In this document: positions 26,240 to 32,000 of the stretch, piece by piece
How positions within the stretch are numbered: the first letter of the stretch is position 1
How the letters are laid out: each line of letters begins with the position of its first letter
Origin: Candidatus Nitrosopumilus koreensis AR1
GTDB taxonomy: Archaea; Thermoproteota; Nitrososphaeria; Nitrososphaerales; Nitrosopumilaceae
Direction of reading: 5' to 3'
NCBI RefSeq assembly: GCF_000299365.1
Contig: NC_018655.1
Coordinates: 1,607,965-1,639,964, forward strand
Length of the DNA: 32,000 nucleotides
Made by a program: the position numbers and the translations under genes
Notes under the pieces: model-generated
What the model was told of the DNA's origin: nothing
Seen by the model: only the letters and a program-made list of their open reading frames with translations
Database searches by the model: none

Positions 26240-26322
26240 ATTTTCTATTTGAAAATATACTTGTTTATAATTTAGGACAAAATTCGGGTAATCAATATAA
26301 AACAAATACTTCAATTGAATGT

Positions 26323-27048
26323 GTGACTAGATTTACGCAAGAACAAATTTATGATCTTAACTCAAAGATAAAGACAGCTGAAGAAGCTCTTCAATGGGTA
26401 TCAGATAACCTTCATCCTAAAGTTGCAAAAGCTTCTAGCTTTGGCGCTGAAGATGCAGTTGTTATGGATATGATGCTAAAAATTAATCCTAAATTCAGGT
26501 TTTTTACATTAGATACAGGACGATTGCCACAAGAGACCTATGATATTATGGATGTCTTGAGAAAAAAATACAACATTACAATAGAAGTGTTGTTTCCTGA
26601 TACCAAAGAAGTTGAAGACATGGTTAAAGAGAAAGGCCTTAATCTGTTCTATGAAAGTGTTGAAAACAGAAAACTTTGCTGTGAAATACGTAAAGTACAT
26701 CCAATGAACAAAATGTTAAGCACTCTAGATGGATGGATTACTGGACTACGACGAGAACAGACCAAAATCAGAGAAGACGTTACAATGTTTCAACTTGATC
26801 ATGGTCATGGTGGTATCCTAAAGATTAACCCAATAATTGATTGGACATGGGATCAGATTCAAGAACATATCAAAAAACACAACTTGCCATACAATAGCCT
26901 TCTTGACAAAGGTTATCCCAGTATTGGATGTGAACCTTGTACACGACCAATAAAACCTGGAGAAGACATTCGAGCAGGAAGATGGTGGTGGGAACAAGGA
27001 GAGCACAAAGAGTGTGGCCTTCATATAGAGCGTAAAAATGAGGATTAA
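26323..27048 (+). CDS. cysH: phosphoadenylylsulfate/adenylylsulfate reductase (CysH family)
   Basis: [24 protein letters not shown] and the C-terminal ECGLH. Also a CC pair (KLCCEI) and a CxxC (GCEPC). GTG 26323 is chosen so the gene does not overlap the divergent gene. Confidence 0.85.
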   Translation: MTRFTQEQIYDLNSKIKTAEEALQWVSDNLHPKVAKASSFGAEDAVVMDMMLKINPKFRFFTLDTGRLPQETYDIMDVLRKKYNITIEVLFPDTKEVEDMVKEKGLNLFYESVENRKLCCEIRKVHPMNKMLSTLDGWITGLRREQTKIREDVTMFQLDHGHGGILKINPIIDWTWDQIQEHIKKHNLPYNSLLDKGYPSIGCEPCTRPIKPGEDIRAGRWWWEQGEHKECGLHIERKNED

Positions 27049-27049
27049 C

Positions 27050-28192
27050 ATGTCAGAAAATGGTTCAATTAAACCACATGGCGGAGTATTAGTAAATAGA
27101 ATTACAAATGTTGATCCTACCGGATTATTCTCAATTACAATTTCAGAAGATCTTGCAAATGATGTTGAAAATATTGCAGACGGAATCTTTAGTCCATTGG
27201 AAGGATTTCTAGGTCAACAAGATTTTGAGAGTGTTGTATCTCGAGGTAGATTGGCAAATGATCTAGCATGGACCATACCAATTGTACTGGATGTTGATGA
27301 GCAAACAGGCTCTAAAATGAAAGAGTCAGGCAAAGTCTTACTACAAAATCCTCAAGGGGTAGGCGTTGCTGTATTAAATGTAGAAGAAGTGTATACTTTT
27401 GATAAAGAAAAAACATCACAAGGAGTCTATGGGACAACTGACTCTTCTCATCCAGGTGTTGCAAAGACAATGTCAATGAAAGACTATCTTGTTTCAGGAA
27501 AGATTGACTATATTCAGAGACCTGAAGACTCTGAGATTAGAAAATACAGACTAACTCCAAAACAAACTAGAGAGGCATTTGCACAAGCTGGATGGAAAAC
27601 CATTTGTGCATTTCAGACAAGAAATCCTCCACATGTAGCACATGAGATGCTACAAAAAACATCAATTACGACAAGAGATGGAGTCTTTGTTAATCCAATC
27701 ATTGGAAAGAAAAAATCTGGTGACTTTGTGGATGAAGTCATCGTAAAATGCTATGAAACCATGATAAAATTATACTATCCAGAAAATAGATGTCGTCTTG
27801 GCACTTTACACACTGAAATGAAATATGCTGGACCAAAAGAGGCAATTCACCACGCAATTATGAGACAAAACTACGGTTGCACTCATATCATTATTGGTAG
27901 AGATCATGCAGGTGTTGGAAAGTTCTACGAACCATTTGCAGCACAAGAAATCTTTTCAGACTATCCCGAACTGGATATATCTCCCGTGTTCTTCCCACCA
28001 TTCTTCTATTGCAGAAAATGCCTTACCTACACAACTCCAAAGGCATGTCCGCATGACAATGATGACAAAGAGCAAATCAGCGGAACCGCACTAAGAGAAA
28101 TGATTCAAAATGGACAAGCACCTTCTGAATTTATTCTAAGACCGGAGGTTGCACAAGTTATCTTGAATCATCCAAAACCTTTTGTTGATTAG
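27050..28192 (+). CDS. sat: sulfate adenylyltransferase (ATP sulfurylase)
   Basis: [11 protein letters not shown] and GRDHAGVG motifs. ATG 27050 lies 1 nt after the cysH stop (alternative ATG at 27038). Confidence 0.9.
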   Translation: MSENGSIKPHGGVLVNRITNVDPTGLFSITISEDLANDVENIADGIFSPLEGFLGQQDFESVVSRGRLANDLAWTIPIVLDVDEQTGSKMKESGKVLLQNPQGVGVAVLNVEEVYTFDKEKTSQGVYGTTDSSHPGVAKTMSMKDYLVSGKIDYIQRPEDSEIRKYRLTPKQTREAFAQAGWKTICAFQTRNPPHVAHEMLQKTSITTRDGVFVNPIIGKKKSGDFVDEVIVKCYETMIKLYYPENRCRLGTLHTEMKYAGPKEAIHHAIMRQNYGCTHIIIGRDHAGVGKFYEPFAAQEIFSDYPELDISPVFFPPFFYCRKCLTYTTPKACPHDNDDKEQISGTALREMIQNGQAPSEFILRPEVAQVILNHPKPFVD

Positions 28193-28226
28193 ATATTTAT
28201 TCAATCAGACTTGCACTAGCTCAATG

Positions 28227-28889
28227 AGATATCTGTTTGCAATAATTTTGATTTCTGGAATTTTTATTGCTCCTGCATTTGCTCAAGAGGTAAATCCGTC
28301 GCTGATCATTGATACAATAGAGATTCCTGCTGAAGAATTTAATCGAGTTTTACGTGATGCACCTATTGTTACACTAGATGACGTTCATGCGGTCAGCTGG
28401 CAAGTAACAATTGATAACAATCTTCTTTATGCAAATCCTGATGGAAATGCAGTCTTTAGACTTTATGATGTTGATACTGAGGATGAGTTTATCGAAGTGG
28501 GAATGGGTTCAATTCCTGACTACAAGTTTTGGGTTGCAGTACAAACTCCAAAAGAGGGATACATTGTAGTTCACAGTGATCTGGAAAGAGGTTGGTATCC
28601 TCAAGCAAAATCAATCATATCATTTACTGACAGAGCAGGTCTTACTGTAAACAATGGAGCAAGAATCGTTGTTACCAATCTGGATATTGGAGAATTTGCG
28701 ATTGGTTCTTACTCTGTATATGGAATGGAAGGTTCTACTGATCCTCCTGCAGTTAATTCTGGAAGTATGGTTTTAGAATTTTTGTCAGGTGATCCCTCAA
28801 AGAATGCATTTGCAATGTTTCCATTTTATGTTGCAGCTGGAATTGGAGTTATAGTTGGAGTACTGTTCCTAACTAAGAAGCGTTCTTAA
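28227..28889 (+). CDS. cell-surface protein (signal peptide, ectodomain, C-terminal TM anchor)
   Basis: MRYLFAIILISGIFIAPAFAQE at the N-terminus and FPFYVAAGIGVIVGVLFLTKKRS at the C-terminus. ATG 28227 is preferred over the TTG at 28182. Confidence 0.6.
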   Translation, partial: RYLFAIILISGIFIAPAFAQEVNPSLIIDTIEIPAEEFNRVLRDAPIVTLDDVHAVSWQVTIDNNLLYANPDGNAVFRLYDVDTEDEFIEVGMGSIPDYKFWVAVQTPKEGYIVVHSDLERGWYPQAKSIISFTDRAGLTVNNGARIVVTNLDIGEFAIGSYSVYGMEGSTDPPAVNSGSMVLEFLSGDPSKNAFAMFPFYVAAGIGVIVGVLFLTKKRS

Positions 28890-28966
28890 TTTTTTAATAC
28901 TTTGTATATTACAAAATATTTTTGTTAAAAAATAATAAAAAGAAATAGAATTCTATGTTAGAATAT

Positions 28967-29548
28967 CTATGTGAGGGTTATATCCCATGATACAGTTAAT
29001 GTGTCAGATGCTCCAACGTTAACTGCACTGAATACTTGTCTTGCAAGAAGTTCGCCACTAGAACCATCATTCATTAATACTGCTTCAACTACTGCTCCTG
29101 CACAATTTGCTCCACTAAAGGATGCATCTACTGTAACAGTGATTTCTCCAGATACAGAAGAATCTCCTGTAACTGTTCCATCTTGTACTCTGGCACATCC
29201 AGAGATAGCAGTACCAATTCCTACATCTGATGCATTAGCTGCAGTATTATTGGTTCCAATACCAATCCAACTGAATTGACTATCAGTAGCATTTCCATTC
29301 AAGTTTATGTTTGGAAATATTAGATCACCCATTGTATCTATGCCCACATCAACTACTAAGTTGTCAGTTTGAACATAATCAACAATATTTCCATCTACAT
29401 CGGCTACAGTTAGTGTGATGTGTCCCATAATGTTACTTGATTCGGAATACATCTCAGAATTCTCTGTAGTTGGATATGCACTGAAAATACCTCCTACTGC
29501 TGCTGCAACGGCTACTACTGCAAACATTGCTGCTTGTTGTGTTTTCAT
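28967..29548 (-). CDS. secreted or anchored acidic beta-rich protein, nearly lysine-free
   Basis: N-terminus MKTQQAAMFAVVAVAAAVGGIF. The remainder is T/S/G/V/D/N/A-rich with one Lys (K2), two Arg and two Cys. Confidence 0.65.
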   Translation of the reverse strand: MKTQQAAMFAVVAVAAAVGGIFSAYPTTENSEMYSESSNIMGHITLTVADVDGNIVDYVQTDNLVVDVGIDTMGDLIFPNINLNGNATDSQFSWIGIGTNNTAANASDVGIGTAISGCARVQDGTVTGDSSVSGEITVTVDASFSGANCAGAVVEAVLMNDGSSGELLARQVFSAVNVGASDTLTVSWDITLT

Positions 29549-29638
29549 AATATTGTGATATTCTAATTAATAATAAGACTAATGGCACTTTTCAGCATTA
29601 TTTAGATCCTTTTTGGAACCAAACACAATTTTGAGCAA

Positions 29639-29830
29639 TTATGGGTTTGCTTCCACACCAATACTCTCCTTGAGATTTATTGAAAGATTTTTGCCTTCTG
29701 GTACAGATTCATTCTCACTTGGAACATTGATCATTTCTTGCGAACCAAATTCTTCTGTACCTAGAGAATAGGCAATAACTCCCAAACCTATAACTCCGAT
29801 TATCACTGCTATGATAATCCCAGATTTCAT
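29639..29830 (-). CDS. small N-terminally anchored protein
   Basis: 63 aa. MKSGIIIAVIIGVIGLGVIAYSL followed by an acidic tail. Confidence 0.45.
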   Translation of the reverse strand: MKSGIIIAVIIGVIGLGVIAYSLGTEEFGSQEMINVPSENESVPEGKNLSINLKESIGVEANP

Positions 29831-29906
29831 ATATCATTATGGTGACTTAGCTATAAAAATTAGGATCATGAAAAAAATTTTAACACGGTCATCATTCTAG
29901 ATTATA

Positions 29907-30689
29907 TTGCAAACGATTGCTATAATTTTGTTATTTGCATTAAGTTTTAACTTGGCTTTTGCAGATGAAATTTTTATTACCAAAAGAACAGATGGCGATA
30001 AAACAATTTTTGATGGAAAATGGACGTTCTTACAAGAATGGAAAACGACAAGTGAAGATAAAATTAATTTTGATCAAGGCAAATATTTTGTTATGAAAAC
30101 TGGTCATGACTATGAAAACATCTATGTCTTGATTGATTTTGTATCTGACAAAAAAAATGATACTAATATTGACAAAGCAATAATATGTTTTGATACAAAA
30201 AATGAAAAAAACAAAATTCCTGACTCTAATGATTTTTGTTTCTGGATAGCATCTGGTTCTAAACACCCAACTACAATTTCAGGCAATTCAGATTTCTCTA
30301 GTGTTGGAAACTGGAAAAATATCCCTAACCATCATTTACTTATTGCTGTAGCAGGCGTTTCAGATCAAAATGATAGATACAGTACTATCCCTCATATGAC
30401 ATACGAATTTAAAATTCCAATTGAACAAATTGGTAAAAATGATGTTTATGGTTTCTACATTACAGTTTATGATGGGTCTGAACAGAAATGGTTTAGTTGG
30501 CCAGTAAATGCAAATTCTATCAAATACCCATTTATTGCATCGCCAAGTCTCTGGGGAGATCTAATTTCTCCTGACAAATCAATTCCAGAATTTGGATACC
30601 CAATACTCTTAACTATTCCAGTGTTTCTGATGATAATTTACCTGTCCAAGAAAAATTTTTCTATATATAAGGCAAGAGATTTTCTTTAA
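29907..30689 (+). CDS. surface protein with a PEFG-type C-terminal sorting signal
   Basis: Signal peptide MQTIAIILLFALSFNLAFA. The C-terminus is tripartite: PEFG (30585-30596), the TM segment YPILLTIPVFLMIIYL, and then a basic SKK stretch. TTG start. Confidence 0.6.
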   Translation: MQTIAIILLFALSFNLAFADEIFITKRTDGDKTIFDGKWTFLQEWKTTSEDKINFDQGKYFVMKTGHDYENIYVLIDFVSDKKNDTNIDKAIICFDTKNEKNKIPDSNDFCFWIASGSKHPTTISGNSDFSSVGNWKNIPNHHLLIAVAGVSDQNDRYSTIPHMTYEFKIPIEQIGKNDVYGFYITVYDGSEQKWFSWPVNANSIKYPFIASPSLWGDLISPDKSIPEFGYPILLTIPVFLMIIYLSKKNFSIYKARDFL

Positions 30690-30759
30690 AAAAATTAACA
30701 CACATAGCCTTCAAATTAAAATTAAGATTTAATATCTAACAAATTTTTGTGTCTTAATA

Positions 30760-31926
30760 ATGTCACAGCATGAGATTCAAGAAAATGGGCAAGTTTCTAT
30801 TATAATCCCAACATATAACGAATCTCAAAATATTCTCAATATATTAAAATCAATAAAGGATAATTTACCAAAAAATATTTCAGCACAAGCAATTGTTGTT
30901 GATGACAACTCCCCTGATGGAACAGGAAAAATAGTTGAAGATTACTTAAAAAATTTCAAAAAAATTACAAATTATACAATTGAGATAATTCATAGAAGAA
31001 CAAAAAATGGTTTAGGTTCTGCAATACTAAAAGGCATACAGCAGTCAACAGGTGATACAATTGTTGTAATGGATAGTGATTTTTCTCATCCTCCACATGT
31101 GGTTCCAAAATTAATTGAATCAATAAAAAAACATCATTGTGATATCGCAGTTGCATCACGTTACATAAAAGGTGGAAAGATTGAAAATTGGTCTGTAAAA
31201 CGAAAACTAATCAGCAAGTTTGCAACATTGATTGCAAAAAAAGGATTAGGAATTAACACTAAAGATCCAATGTCTGGCTTTTTTGCATTTAAGAAAAATA
31301 TTCTAACTGGGTTAAACATTGATGCAATTGGATACAAAATCCTTTTAGAAATTCTAGTTAAAGCAAAAAATGTATCAATTAAAGAAATTCCATATACCTT
31401 TCAAGATAGGAAATTTGGTTCAAGTAAACTAGGTTTGAAAACCGTTATAGATTACTACAAATCAGTTTGGAAACTGTATCGTTTTGGAAAACCACAAGAA
31501 GAACAAGAAAAACGCAGATCTGTAAAATTCCTCTACAAGGCTGCAAGATTTTACACAGTAGGTGCCTCTGGATTTGTTGTAAACTATTTGATCTCATTAT
31601 TGTTTGCAGGTGGTATTTCCGATATGTGGTATCTGCATGCAAATGTAATTGGAATACTTGCTTCAATTACAACTAATTTCATCTTAAACAAGGCTTGGAC
31701 TTTTGGTGATAGAGACTTTAGAATTAAAAGAACAATGTCACAGTATGGAAAGTTTGCCATGTTTAGCTCTTTAGGTGCACTAATACAATTGGGAATGGTC
31801 TATTTCCTAGTAGATGGTGCAGAGATTTCGTATCCATTAGCGTTAATCTTAGCAGTAGTAACAGCTGCATTTGGAAACTTTGTATTAAATAAGAAATTTA
31901 CTTTCAAAGAAAACCTACTAAACTAG
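30760..31926 (+). CDS. polyprenol/dolichol-phosphate mannosyltransferase (GT2) fused to a GtrA-like membrane domain
   Basis: IIIPTYNES, VVDDNSPDGT and MDSDFSHPP are GT2/DPM1-type motifs. The C-terminal ~120 aa form four TM segments in a GtrA-like pattern (FYTVGASGFVVNYL...NFILNKAWTF...NFVLNKKFTF). Confidence 0.85.
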   Translation: MSQHEIQENGQVSIIIPTYNESQNILNILKSIKDNLPKNISAQAIVVDDNSPDGTGKIVEDYLKNFKKITNYTIEIIHRRTKNGLGSAILKGIQQSTGDTIVVMDSDFSHPPHVVPKLIESIKKHHCDIAVASRYIKGGKIENWSVKRKLISKFATLIAKKGLGINTKDPMSGFFAFKKNILTGLNIDAIGYKILLEILVKAKNVSIKEIPYTFQDRKFGSSKLGLKTVIDYYKSVWKLYRFGKPQEEQEKRRSVKFLYKAARFYTVGASGFVVNYLISLLFAGGISDMWYLHANVIGILASITTNFILNKAWTFGDRDFRIKRTMSQYGKFAMFSSLGALIQLGMVYFLVDGAEISYPLALILAVVTAAFGNFVLNKKFTFKENLLN

Positions 31927-32000
31927 TTTTAAGAAATTAAAATAAAAAGAATAACTTACGTCTTTTCCCAACTACTCAAAGGTAGAAGTAGAGGTTCCTG

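Noticed and set aside
26167-26322. N-terminal extension of cysH in the track ORF
   Set aside because: The extension overlaps the divergent ThiI-like gene, has a junk-like F/L/Y-rich translation, and lies upstream of where CysH homology begins. A GTG at 26323 gives a normal-length protein.
20176-31676. Remaining short overlapping ORFs: 20176, 20482, 21181, 21415, 23277, 24819, 26509, 26818, 27894, 28971, 30030, 30965, 31445 and 31467
   Set aside because: All are nested in or antisense to genes with recognisable domains or clear signal/TM architecture. 28971..29279 stays open only because of the unusual composition of the lysine-free protein gene.
1-32000. CRISPR arrays, transposases/integrases, prophage genes, rRNA and tRNA genes
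   Set aside because: I looked for regularly spaced repeats, long inverted terminal repeats, integrase/transposase-like ORFs and T-loop (GTTCGAATC-like) motifs, and found none.

Overview
Dense, AT-rich archaeal chromosome segment of about 50 genes, with no rRNA, tRNA, CRISPR array or recognisable mobile element. By inference from gene content it comes from an ammonia-oxidising thaumarchaeon (Nitrosopumilales-like): two TFB paralogs, an ESCRT-III/CdvB-family protein, a GPN-loop GTPase, preQ0/archaeosine genes and a PEFG-type C-terminal sorting signal. Recognisable content: a CDC48-like AAA ATPase fragment, CrcB, Hsp20, a CPA1-type cation/proton antiporter and a hemerythrin-like protein. Sulfate activation genes sit in two places, cysC/cysQ near 9 kb and cysH-sat near 27 kb. 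Also present are two SDRs, queE-folE-queC, thrB, glycosylation and lipid genes (a GT-B glycosyltransferase, a UPF0104 membrane protein, a DPM-synthase/GtrA fusion) and many small secreted or membrane-anchored proteins. I see no clear-cut novel multi-gene system. The best leads are: (1) a TFB paralog split by a -1 frameshift at an A5 run, where a single Lys-codon slip restores the motif conserved in the neighbouring paralog; (2) two GC-rich, strongly base-paired intergenic elements (11363-11456 and 23764-23833) that fit no RNA class I recognise; (3) an MtlR-like HEPN protein with a perfect 12-bp tandem duplication next to its Rx4H motif; (4) a tightly coupled trio of a wHTH protein, a membrane-tethered wHTH protein and a small secreted protein, preceded by repeat motifs; (5) a ThiI-like THUMP protein with degenerate catalytic motifs, divergent from cysH-sat; (6) a cell-surface gene cluster including a virtually lysine-free secreted protein and a PEFG-CTERM protein. 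All calls come from reading the ORF translations and the DNA by eye. No searches or folding calculations were run, and several start codons are ambiguous.
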